The notes under the pieces were generated by a model. That model was not told where the DNA came from. It ran no database searches and saw nothing but the letters and a program-made list of their open reading frames with translations. 23,803 nt of DNA from Octopus sinensis. Lineage: Eukaryota. Shown here in pieces: positions 11,356-21,911 of the stretch; within the stretch, counting starts at the first letter, position 1; the number at the start of each line of letters is the position of its first letter. The translations under genes were made by a program, and so were the position numbers. Location of the stretch: contig NW_021836522.1 of assembly GCF_006345805.1 (NCBI RefSeq), forward strand, positions 1 to 23,803, given 5' to 3'.

Positions 11356-12111
11356 TATATATATAGTATATATATATGTATATGTGTATATATATATATA
11401 GTATATATATATGTATATGTGTATATATATATATAGTATATATATATGTATATGTGTATATATATATATATAGTATATATATATGTATATGTGTATATAT
11501 ATATATAGTATATATATATATGTGTGTATACATATATAGTATATATATGTGTGTATATATATATATATAGTATATATATATATATGTGTATACATATATA
11601 GTATATATATATATGTGTGTATATATATATATATATTATAGTATATAATATGTGTGTATACATATATAGTATATATATATATGTGTGTATATATATATAT
11701 AGTATATATATATATGTGTGTATACATATATTATATAATTATATATATGTATATGTGTATACATATATATTATATAGTATATATATGTATGTGTATATAT
11801 ATAGTATGTATATATATATATATAGTATATATATATATATATATATAGAGTATATATGTATATATATAGTATATATATATATATATATATGTATACGTAT
11901 ATATAGTATATATATGTGTATATGTATATATATAGTATATATGTATATATATATATATATGTATACGTATATATAGTAATATATATGTGTATATGTATGT
12001 ATATATGTATATATATAGTATGTATATATATATATATATATATACGTATATATGTATATATATGTGTATATGTATATATATAGTATATATGTATATATAT
12101 AGTATATATAT
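11356..12111. repeat. (TA)n-derived array with ~34-36-bp higher-order unit
   Basis: Unit AGTATATATATATGTATATGTGTATATATATATAT repeated at least 4 times from ~11365, decaying rightwards. Confidence 0.93.
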
Positions 12112-12447
12112 ACTTTGATAGGTTTTCGGCCATTATGGCCCAGGCCATGTCTAACTTAATAGCACCACCTGGTGAAGTCTTCAAGTCAGAATTTTGGCAC
12201 TATGGCCCACTCAAGTAGAGAGTTATTGTTTACAGAGACATATCCGGGTGTAGGGGGTTTATCCGGGATTTCTTGAAGGAATCTGTCCAAAGACTTCTTG
12301 AACCCTATAGGGTCAGTTTCTGTTTTAATTGTTTTGGTGTAATGTTAAGAGAGCGGGCCAATTGAGGTGAAATAATTGTGCCGTATTGTTGTTATGAGAT
12401 GAGAGTGCGATTTTTTGTTTTGGCGGATGGCACGGGGCCCAAGCCTT
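12112..12447 (-). mobile_element. CR1-group LINE, copy 3: 3'-terminal ~335 bp, heavily 5'-truncated
   Basis: Reverse complement of copy 2 ~9729-10065, including the ATCAAAGT tail (ACTTTGAT at 12112-12119); flanked by TA repeats on both sides. Confidence 0.95.
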
Positions 12448-12516
12448 TATATATATATACGTATATATGTATATATATATACGTATATATGTATATATAT
12501 ATATATATATAATTAC

Positions 12517-12566
<50 letters not shown>

Positions 12567-12681
12567 GTATATATAGTATATATATGTGTGTGTATATATA
12601 TATAATATATATATAATATATAATATGTATATATATATGTATATATACATATGTATATATATGTATTATGAATATATATAT
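12448..12681. repeat. (TA)n array with CG/TG interruptions
   Basis: Direct reading; TATACGTATA and TATGTA units. Confidence 0.95.
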
Positions 12682-12682
12682 G

Positions 12683-13650
12683 TAATCGGATCCATCCTAC
12701 ACGCGACAGCAGGTGTTCGACATAAACCCACAGGTCAACAATGCTCGGGCACTGGAAGAGGGCGTGAAGAACAGTTTCGTCGCTCTGTGCGCACCTTGGG
12801 TAGGCCCGACTGACATCACCTCCGTGCTTGTAAAGTTTATCCTGAACGGGTAGCTCCCCTCGGTAGCACTACTAGGCTAGAGATTTCTGGAAGCTATCCA
12901 TAGGCCCACCCCGAAATTTATCCGAAACACACCAGTAAGTTGATCCCCATCGACGCCCAGAGTTTTTCCCCAGAACGGCGTCGCACTTTACCTCCACTCA
13001 TCCTCTATAGAACGCTAGAGTAGAACTACCACCGACCTGGCGGAGGGCTGTGAGCGGTTGACGGCGCTCAAGGTGCCAAGCACCCCTCCTCGGTCTGCGC
13101 CTAATCCACGATTGCAGTTCAGTCAAAGAGATGAGCTGTGGAAGAACGTGTATGACTATTGGCGACCACACCTGCTCACCGTCAAGGAAACGCTGGAGAT
13201 GCCGTAGCCTGAGCGCATGTCTGCGTATTAGCAACCACGGCATGCCCAGGCCTCCATTTTTAGCGGCTGTTGACAGCAGATGGAGCGCCTGACCAGAAAG
13301 CGGAAGAGTAAGCGCACCAGCGTGGTCAGCCAGCAAACAGGGCAAAGGACGACGGTCAAGCGGTAACAGATGACGGATGCGATGTACGTACTCGCCTCCT
13401 CCGCTCAACCTTTCAGGGACAGCTTCCTCTCTGTCCATTTCTGGACGAGATTGGTTACCCTGCTCGTCACCTGGTCCCAGTTTTTCTCCACTTGAAGGTC
13501 TGGACCGAACCAGACCCGAAGTAATTTAACCGGACCGTCTGTCCAGCGCCCACGACGCTTTTGGACGGCATGGACTTGCCTCTCCAGGTGCTGATTTGCA
13601 AGCTCCCTAATTTTTCCGCGTTAAATTTTGCTCCTGTCAACGCTTCATAT
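12683..13650 (-). mobile_element. Tx1/L1-clade LINE ORF2 internal fragment (post-RT region to C-terminal CCHC finger), decayed
   Basis: Minus-strand translation YEALTGAK...STWRGKSMP...WFGPDLQVEKNW...KWTERKLSLKG; GGLGMPWLLIRRHALRLRHL; [17 protein letters not shown]. Homologous to 15900-16830. Confidence 0.88.
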
Positions 13651-14137
13651 TATATAATAATAATAGTAATAATTATAATAACGTAATAGAAATAAATATG
13701 TCAAATGTTTTGATGCATGACTTATGGGCTGCCCTGCATTTATATATATAAATCGGTACCTCTACTGTTTATTCTGAGTTTAGATTTCCATTTTATATGA
13801 ATCCCATCTTAGTAAGGCTTCTTTGAAGCCAATGTAGCGCGAGTTCATAAGAGCTCTATGCATCCGTCCGGTGTGCCAGGATTTTCGTACGTGTATGAGT
13901 GTGCGTGCATGCATGCATGTGTGAAAGTGCGTGTGAGTGAGAGAGAGAAAGAGAGGGAAAGGGAAAGAGAGAACCATTTTTCGTGCACTAGGCCCCCCCA
14001 CATGGTTTTATGAGCCTTTAGAATTAATGATTCCCAGAGATAATTATTTCTCCAGTTTTATATGAAAATGTCTTGTCTTTTACAGTTTAACGCAAAATAT
14101 TTTCGCTAAATTCATAAGGCTTTAAAGAAAAAAACAG

Positions 14138-14201
14138 TTGGCTCAAGAAGTTTGCTCCCTAACCACATCGTTCCTGGTTCAATCCCACTTCATAGCACCT
14201 T
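14138..14201 (+). mobile_element. Degenerate tRNA-derived SINE head fragment
   Basis: AAGAAGTTTGCT..AACCACATCGTTCCTGGTTCAATCCCACT resembles the SINE at 23661. Confidence 0.55.
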
Positions 14202-14251
14202 ACTGTTCTGTTGCAAAATATCTTCTTTTATCTGTCTCTTTCTGCATGCAC

Positions 14252-14400
14252 GTAGGCTCAGGCATGACTTTGTGGGTAAAAATCTCGCTTTGTAGCCACA
14301 TGCATAATTGGTAAACGCCTTTTATAGCCCCGGGTCAACCAATGCCCTTTGAGTGACTTTGGTGGGCGAAAAGCGTGTAGAAACCCGTTGTGTCTGTGTG
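14252..14400 (+). mobile_element. Degenerate, internally deleted SINE (family of 23661-23803)
   Basis: GTAGGCTCAGGCATGACTTTGTGG head and TATAGCCCCGGGTCAACCAATGCCCTTTGAGTG body align with the 23661 copy; ends in TG/TA repeats. Confidence 0.65.
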
Positions 14401-14789
14401 TATATATATATATATAGTATCTATATATATTATATATATATATATATCTATATATTAAGGGCATTACTATACATAAATGCCTCACGCTAAGAGAGACTCT
14501 TAAAGTCAAAACTTAATATAAGTAAATATATTTAAGAGGAATAATTGATGGATTTTTCCCTAATGAGGTTTTTCATGCTAAGTTCATAAATTCTTATAAA
14601 GATTTTATCCTATTTTTCAGTTGTATATATATATACAGGGTGCGGCAGAAGTAGAGCTCTTTTTGCATCTAATAACTTTTATAGTATCTAAATGTTTATT
14701 GAATACAAATTTATTGCATTACTTAAAGAACCGAATAATAAACTAATGAAAAAATCGAAGAATTTTTAGGAAATAGAAAAGAAACTCAT

Positions 14790-15140
14790 TTAGAAACAAG
14801 AGCATTCAAACCTCCGCCAAGACAACACCAACGTCCTTATTTCTTGTATTGAGCACATGGCCCTTATAGAGAGGGGACAGTACAAGGACATACAAAGCAA
14901 TACAGTGGGGGTACATAAAAACATATATCGTATGAAATTCTGGTTACAATGAGAAATGAGGAAGGAATGACTGATCTGTCCCCCAAAAGGGCAGTTTCTT
15001 TTTACTGTTTGTTTATAATGTTTTACTAACAATTCAATATTCTGTCTTGTATCTGTTGGTTCTCCCTTTTTACCTTTTTTTTTAAAATTTGCACAAAGTC
15101 ACTAATTATTCTGTTCTTAAATTCCATCACTTACCCTCAG
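14790..15140 (-). mobile_element. Probable 3'UTR/terminus of the minus-strand Tx1-like chain
   Basis: Follows the ORF1-like stop at 15141; A-rich run at ~15062-15090; 14836-14897 resembles the 3' tail of the SINEs at 22925-23290. Boundaries are approximate. Confidence 0.45.
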
Positions 15141-15850
15141 TTACACCAAATACTCCGTTAAATCTTCGAGTGCCACCACCGGTGGTAATTCATCAAAACG
15201 ATACTCTACCGGTGTCACTTCTAACTTTTCGCCAAACAATTTCTTTAACCGTTCTTATCTCTCTCTCTCTCTTTCCAGCAGAACAACTTTCAAATCTACA
15301 TTGTTCTCGTTGGGTAATAATTTAATTCTAATTACATTCTTAATTTTCACAATCTTTTTTTTCTATCTCTACACTTTTTTTGTGTGTTGTATCATATTTT
15401 TTAATTGTTTTCCTTTCGGTGTCTCTGTTTTTCTTCCCCAATCTCTTCTACTGTTGCTGGTATTTCTATCTCTGTATGTCTCTCATTCTTTATTGTTATC
15501 ATTTCTCTTTCTACTTCCTTTTTCTTCTCTACTTTCTCCTCCGTACTATTTGTTGGTAACGGTTTCTGTCTTCGTTCTTCGACCTCTTTTGTTGGCCTTT
15601 CATTTGTTCTCTCCTCGTTCGGTTTTCCTTGTTTCACGCTCTGCGTCTCCTCTCCTCTCCATTTCCTTTTCTTTTCTTCCTAGGACTTTTTGGTAGTCCG
15701 CGTTACTCCTCTTCCTCTTCACTACTGTGTACTGTTCTTCCATACTTTGCTCCTCTACTGTTGAAACCTCTTCCTCTTTTTCTTGTTCTTCCTCTATCTC
15801 CTCCTCTTCGTGTTCCTGGGGACACTTAGCTTTCATGTGTCCCCGTACTG
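15141..15850 (-). pseudogene. C-terminal part of a Tx1-like ORF1 (half zinc knuckle + acidic/charged tail)
   Basis: VRGHMKAKCP (second half of CX2CX4HX4C), then EEEE-rich run and YTVVKRKR, as in the other two ORF1s (WSSIKRK, WKTIGKRKK); continues through frameshifts to ...FDELPPVVALEDLTEYLV*. Confidence 0.65.
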
Positions 15851-18820
15851 AAGGTAGGTCAATTTTTAGAATTGACTCAGACGACAGCTGTACTCTTCTA
15901 GTGCTCGGCAACAGTTGTTCAGCATAAGCCCACACGTCCGACACCTCCGAACACTGAACAATAGCATGCAGGACGGTTTCCCTGTCCCGCCCGCATCTTG
16001 GACAGGTCAATGGGCCGTGGAAACTGTCTCTTGTGAGCTTATCTTGAACGGGCAAGGCTCCTCGGTAACATTGCCAATCCATATAACTCTGAAAGTTATC
16101 CAGGGTCTTTGGCTCGAATGTTCGTTGGAACAGACTGGCCAGCTGGTTATCATCGAGACCTAGGGTTTCCTCTAAGGTATCTGCCATCCTTCTATAGAAA
16201 GATGTGGGTAAACCGCTGGCATTACCCGAGCAACGGAATAGCAGGAGAGCCGTACGGCACTCCGTAAACCATGTATCCAACTTCGATCTACGATAGAACT
16301 AGGTTTCCCGCCCACCGAAACTAGTGAAATTGGGAAACATATGTTTCGCAAGCGGAGACCACACCCGTTCACCATCCAGCTGGAGCTGCAGATACCTCAA
16401 CCTCAGTGCATGTCTCCGCATCAACAGCCAAGGCATCCCTGGTCCACCCTTTAACGGTTCTTGGCAACAAATAGAGGGTTTCACAAGCGGTTTCGAGCCC
16501 TCTACAAGAAGTGGAAGATCTGTCTTTCCAGCTCGATTAACCACGAATCAGAGCAAGGAACGACAGTTAGGCGGTAAATGATGACCGATGCGATAAACAT
16601 ATTGGCCACTTCCGCCCTCCCTTGGGTCACCCTGCTCGATACCTCAGCCTAGTTCTTCTTTATTTGGAGGTCTGGACCAAACCAGACCCCTAACAACTTA
16701 GTCAAACCCAACGTCCCACAACGCTGTCAGGAGACATCGACTTGCCTCTCCAGGTGCTGAGCTGCAAGCCAACTGACTGTCCACGATTAATCTTTGCTCC
16801 TGCCACCGTCTCGTAATCCTTAATGGCCTCGCCTACCCTCGGTCACGATGATGGTGATGTCCGCGTATGCTGAAACCGACTTTACACAACCTGGCTCCCT
16901 GAGATGCCACTCAACTTTCGCAGCAATGGCTCAAGAGCCCACACATACAAAAGCGGGGAGAGTGGATGTTGTCATATATTGATATGATCCACCTAATGAA
17001 GCCAAGACCCAGGCCGAACTGCGCGAGGATCGACACCAGGTAACGATTGTCAACCCTATCGAAAGCTTTTGCTTGGTCTAAATGGACCAGTACCCAACCC
17101 TTGCCAGGTTTACTATTAAATCCCTCTACGGTGTAGCATAGAATGTGGAGATTATCCTGAATGGTTCTAGCGGGAATGGCACATGTCTGTGCCTCCCCGA
17201 CCAAACCATCCGCGATATGCGCCAACCTTTTTGATAGCACCTTGGCCAAAATCTTCAGATCTGTGTTTAGCAGAGTGATGGGCCTAACATTATCAATGAA
17301 ATCCATCTTGTCCGAGTCGTTTCTAACTAGCTTTACCACTCCCCAGCGCACGGATCTGCGAATTCACCCATTCTGCTGTCAGTTCCTATAAACACTCGCC
17401 AGTAGGTGCTCGAAACAATCTGGAATACTCTTATATAACACGTAGGGCAAACCATCCAGTCCCGGTGCCTTACCCACGCCACAGTCCGTCACAGACTCTA
17501 CCATTTCCTCAGGTGTGATCGGCCCTGCACAGCACTCCGCATACCGACCCGAAAGACGCGGCAGCCCGGCGAGGAAGGCCTCCTACTCTCCGGTCTATCA
17601 CTCCCTCCGAAAAGCTGGGCGAAGTGCGCCTGAAAGGTCTTACACTCGGGTTCGTTTGTCAACTCACTTTGTTGGTTCACCAAAGATCGAATTATGGCAT
17701 CATGGCCACGTTAGGCTTCCACCACTCGGGTCCATCCAGGTGCTTTGATTCTCTCGCAACCTATTGCACGAAGTCTAGCTCTGACAATGCATTCTATGTG
17801 TTTGGCTTCGAGGTGCTGGTTTAATTCCAGTCTCTTTGCCTTCACCTGGGATGCAGTGTCAGTCCTCATTGCCTCCTCTAGGGCCTTAACTAGATCTGAT
17901 TTCCTCCTAGTCTCTCTAGCCACTAAACCTATGCTATATCTAATAGACTCAAATTTAATGGCTCGTTTGAGGGCACACCACCGTTTGTTATTAATAATGG
18001 CTCCGGTTAAATCTCTCTGTATTAAAAACTTAATCCGGTTCCTGTACTCTTCAATCGCCAAAAGGGATGTATTAGGCTTCCAGTAGCCGGTACATTTACT
18101 TTATAGCTTATCTATGTCAAGCTTACAGGTGACAAGCTTGTGATCAATGTAACTGACCACGTGGAGCTGTGGAAACTTAGCTATATTTCTATCTATTTTT
18201 CTAATCAAAATTCTATCTAAATATGATCCGGAAGACCCGTCGCTGCTTGACCATGTCCACAATGGAGCGTTCGGAAATTCTAGTCTATATGGATCTGCTA
18301 GCTGAAAGCAACTTAGCAGATCCTGGAAGCTCGAGTTACTTTTCCTCTCTGTGTATGAGGCAACATAATACACGCGCGCATCGCAGATTGGGTATCCTTG
18401 TAAAACTAGTGAATGTGACGTACCCAGAAACTTTTCCAGGTCACGAAAATATTCACTCTGCCCAGTTGAATTGGGTGCATAAATTGCAACCAGTTTGATA
18501 GTCTTACCGCCACTGACGTCAAGTTCATGACGACCAGCCTACCTTCTGGATCAGAAAAAATTAAGTTTTTCTCTGAAACCCGTTTTTTTATTAGGACCAA
18601 CACCTCACTTCCGCCTGAAGGATGGCCTGAAGAAATGAATATCTCATAACCGTCCAAGAGCGGGAGCAGGTCTTTTGGCCCATTTATCCAGGTTTCAGTA
18701 GCAACAATAACATCTAAATTCCGTGACCTGCTGTCATTTAGGAATTCTTCCGTAATTTTTCCGGTCAATTTTATATAGATGAATGTCTTTGGTTGAAATT
18801 TTATCGAAATGACTGCCAAC
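15850..18820 (-). pseudogene. Tx1-like ORF2 (APE endonuclease, RT, zf-RVT CCHC)
   Basis: DVIVATET, SDPEGRLVV, WTW..GSYLDRIL, DHKLV, GYWKPNTSLL, KAPGLDGLP, RPITLLNTDLKILAK, LDQAKAFDRV, PLSPLLYV, SAYAD, CPRCGRDRETVLHAIVQC; internal stops, deletions and frameshifts. Confidence 0.92.
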
Positions 18821-18898
18821 TGTTCAAAAGTCTGTTATTTGCGGCCTTAACGGCCATTAGATTTTCGTCCAAGTTTGTTGTTTTGGGCTTATTAGCAT

Positions 18899-19818
18899 TC
18901 ATTTTCTTAGTGGTGGAAGGTTTTGTGGGGTAATCTGTGTATTTTTCCTTTTTATGGAAGACCACCCCTCCTCTTTCTCTTCATTGTTGCTGCTACTACC
19001 TTCTTGAGTTGTTGTTGACGTTGACGCTGCGGTTGTTGTTGCTGCTTCCTCCTCTTCTTCCTCGTGGAGGGTCGCACTAAGTCCATATGGTCCCTTTTTG
19101 CCGCATTTGAAGCACCTAGGCTTCCTACCTTCTACGAAAACTGCAAGCCTTGTTTCTCCGATATGCACAACGTCTGAACTTTCTTCCAAGACAAGGGGCT
19201 CAGCTGGTATCAACATATTTAAGCTTTGCCCCTGCCAGTTAATTTTCTCCGTGACTGTCACGTGGAGGATTGTAATTTTCTCCTCCAAGTCTACGGTTGT
19301 GGCTGCCACCAGCAAGGCAGCGTCCACTTCTGGTAGGATATTTGAAATTCTAATTTTTGATGTTCTTCTTTCCATGTATGTGGGAAGCAGAAACATCTCC
19401 TCAGTTGTCAATGTGTTGGTGGAGTGCTGCCTGGCTTTTTCTTCCGTGGTGAATCTTACTTCAATTGTAGTGAATCGTTTAGCTCTTGTAATATGTTATG
19501 TCTGGCCAGATAGGTCTCAGACACTTCTCTACTGCCTTTTCCGTTACTTTTTCGATTTTCTTGCTTTTTACATGGAACGTTTTATAAATAATTATTTCCC
19601 GTCTTGTAGTCTCCGTTAAAACTGTTGGAGAGGCCACCTAAACTTCTGACCCCTCCTTTTTCATCATAGATTTAAACTTGGCAAGCTCACATTTATCTAT
19701 ATTCAATTTTTTTCTTTTCGCTTGCTGCTGCTGCGAAGTTCAATTTCTTCGGCGACGCCGCTGGCGAATTCTTTTTGACTAGAATCATTGCTGACTTGAA
19801 CATTGAACCACTTGGCAT
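18899..19818 (-). pseudogene. Tx1-like ORF1 (gag-like, CX2CX4HX4C knuckle)
   Basis: ATG ~19818 (MPSGSMFK..KKLNFAAAAS), REIIIYKTFHVK, TIEVRF, FLLPTYMERR, VEGRKPRCFKCGKKG, then acidic/Thr-rich tail; frameshifts and a stop. Confidence 0.8.
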
Positions 19819-20139
19819 ATCCAAAATAATGTTACTTGGCGATTCCCTTGAGTCTTCAAGTAAAAACCGGCCAACGCCGAACAAAACAAATTTTGGGCTC
19901 ACGCCCCACAAAGATTGGCTTTAAGCCGCAGATAAACAGTTCAACAGTAATAATTATTCCTCGCGGGGGAATTCAAAACAAGTTGCTTTTAAAAAGCAAT
20001 AAACAGGTTTTTTTTAAAAAACACAATCTACAGACGTTCCAACAATACCAAAAGCACTCACCACAATATGAAACAAGAAACAAACAATCCACAACAAGTA
20101 AATAACGCACAACAAGACTCGAGAGAGAGTGAGCGAATT

Positions 20140-20348
20140 GATTTTTTATTACCCACAAGGTAACATATAGGGGACAACACAATGAATGCGGGGAAATAAT
20201 CGGATGGGGATGAGTAAGAAATAATAACAATAACAACAACAATAATAATAATAATAATAATGATATAATCAATAAATAATAAAATACTATAATATGAATA
20301 AATGTCATAATAATGAAAAGTGGAATGTCGCCAATCGACCCCACGTTC
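20140..20348 (-). mobile_element. 3' half of a SINE split by an insertion (with internal TAA microsatellite)
   Basis: Minus strand reads GAACGTGGGGTCGAT...GTCCCCTATATGTTACCTTGTGGGTAATAAA, matching the body and tail of the SINEs at 22309 and 22925-23290; (TAA)n at ~20220-20265. Confidence 0.6.
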
Positions 20349-21695
20349 TATTTGCTTCATTTAACTTTTCAATTTTACAATTTTTCTTTTCTAAAGAATT
20401 TTTCTTTTTTAAAAGAAATTTTAAACGTTTATTCCGTAGATGCAATTTGGCATGACTTACGTATGACGGAAAAATTTAGTTATATCCAGTTTCATCATGG
20501 TCCATCTTATTTCTTCCTTGTAATCTTGAAGTTGCCCCATATGCATGGGGTTAATCATGATACATGCCCAAGACCTTGGAAGTAGGTCACAGTAAAATAT
20601 GTTGACCCACTTCACATCACTCCACTTATTTATCCACCTCGTTTCTCAGTTCCTTGTTTTCCATATTGAACAAATAAAACAGGTATTATTATTTGTTTCC
20701 AGGGTGAGGGCAGTTTAGGGTTCTCGGATGTGCATGTGCGTTTCTTTATTGTCAGGCGGGGATCGGTGAGTGCAAGAAGAGGGTGGGGCAAAGAGGGTTT
20801 GGGTGGGAGTTTGGTGGGACCAGTCTCTTCGTTTACTTTTTGGTTTCTTCTGCGCTTTTTCCTTTTTCCTATCGTTTTCCATTCTTCACTTGTTGTTTCT
20901 ACTTCAACCTTCTTGCTGACTTCTGCTGGCAGCGGAAGTACAGCTTCCGACCTTTTGCGATTCTCTGCAGGTGGTGGTGGTGGGCAGTTTTCCCTAAAGT
21001 GGTCCTTTTGGCCACATTTATAGCAACATGGGACCCTGCCTTCCGCTTTCACCCTTAATATAACGTCCTCCATGGAAACAGTTTCAATAAGTAATTCTAG
21101 GGCTTCATGGGAGGCCTGTGTTGATATCTCCAGGCTCTGCCTTTGCTAATTTTTGCACGGGGTATACGTTGCTTGTAGAACAGTGATTTTATCCTTTACT
21201 TCTAGCAGGATTGCATCCACCACCCAGGCTACATCAATTTACGGGGGAATATCATCTACCCTTACTCTGGAACACGTTTTCCAAGGTAAACGGGTAGAAG
21301 CACCCACTCTTCCGTTTTTATTGGTGTCGCAGAGTGTAGTCTGACGGTGGCTGCATCTCAGAAGTGCACCTCCACGGTTCCAAATTTACGTGCCTTGTTG
21401 AGGTATGTCACCTTCCATATTAGTTGCAGTGCCTTTTCAATCAGGCCAATCTCCATTATACAGATTTTCATCTCTTTTACAGAGTAAGTTCTATAAAAGA
21501 TGACTTTTTCACGTTCATACAGCAATCTTCCTGGGGGAGGAGACACTTTAAAATTTTGTCTCTCCCTTGTTAAAATTTCTTTACAGATACCAATGTCATT
21601 CAAGTTGATTTCTCTTATTTGGGGGTTCCTTGCTTCCGCAAAATTCAACGTCCTTCTCTTCTCCTTCTTTTCCCAAGCCTCTAGCGATCTCACGA
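20349..21695 (-). mobile_element. ORF1-only (HAL1-like) non-autonomous Tx1-type retroelement, decayed
   Basis: ORF1 homologous motif-for-motif to 18899-19818 (LNFAEA, REKVIFYRTY, TVEVHF, VLLPVYLGKR, AEGRVPCCYKCGQKDHFRENC); coding ends ~20457, then ~110 bp A-rich 3' end; no ORF2; GTTC at both junctions. Confidence 0.72.
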
Positions 21696-21840
21696 GTTCA
21701 ACCGGTACTTATTTTATCGACCCCGAAAGGATGAAAGGTAAAGTCTACCTCGGCTGAATTTGAACTCAGAACGTAGCGACGGGCGAAATACTGTTAAACA
21801 TTTCGTCCTGCGTGCCAACGATTCTGCCAGCTCGCCTTAC
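21696..21840 (-). mobile_element. 5' half of the split tRNA-derived SINE
   Basis: Minus strand GTAAGGCGAGCTGGCAGAATCG (A box) ... GAGTTCAAATTC (B box) ... AAGTACCGGTTGAAC, then an abrupt switch to ORF1 sequence. Confidence 0.88.
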
Positions 21841-21864
21841 ATATATACATATATTATATATATA

Positions 21865-21907
<43 letters not shown>

Positions 21908-21911
21908 TATA

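Larger units (their letters stand above)
15850..20139 (-). mobile_element. Tx1/L1-clade LINE, decayed, 5'UTR + ORF1 + ORF2, native 3' end missing
   Basis: ORF1 with zinc knuckle, ORF2 with endonuclease, RT and CCHC finger in canonical order; putative 5'UTR ~19820-20139. Confidence 0.88.

Noticed and set aside
711-12813. Long I/Y/M/H/C-rich ORFs in the ORF track
   Set aside because: Translations of (TA)n arrays, which lack stop codons in some frames; not genes.
14634-14660. TA|CAGGGTG as a Tc1/mariner terminal inverted repeat
   Set aside because: No matching CACCCTG|TA end or transposase remnant found in the window.
15301-15927. Plus-strand hydrophobic/Ser-rich ORFs as membrane proteins
   Set aside because: Antisense of the purine-rich Glu/Lys ORF1 tail.
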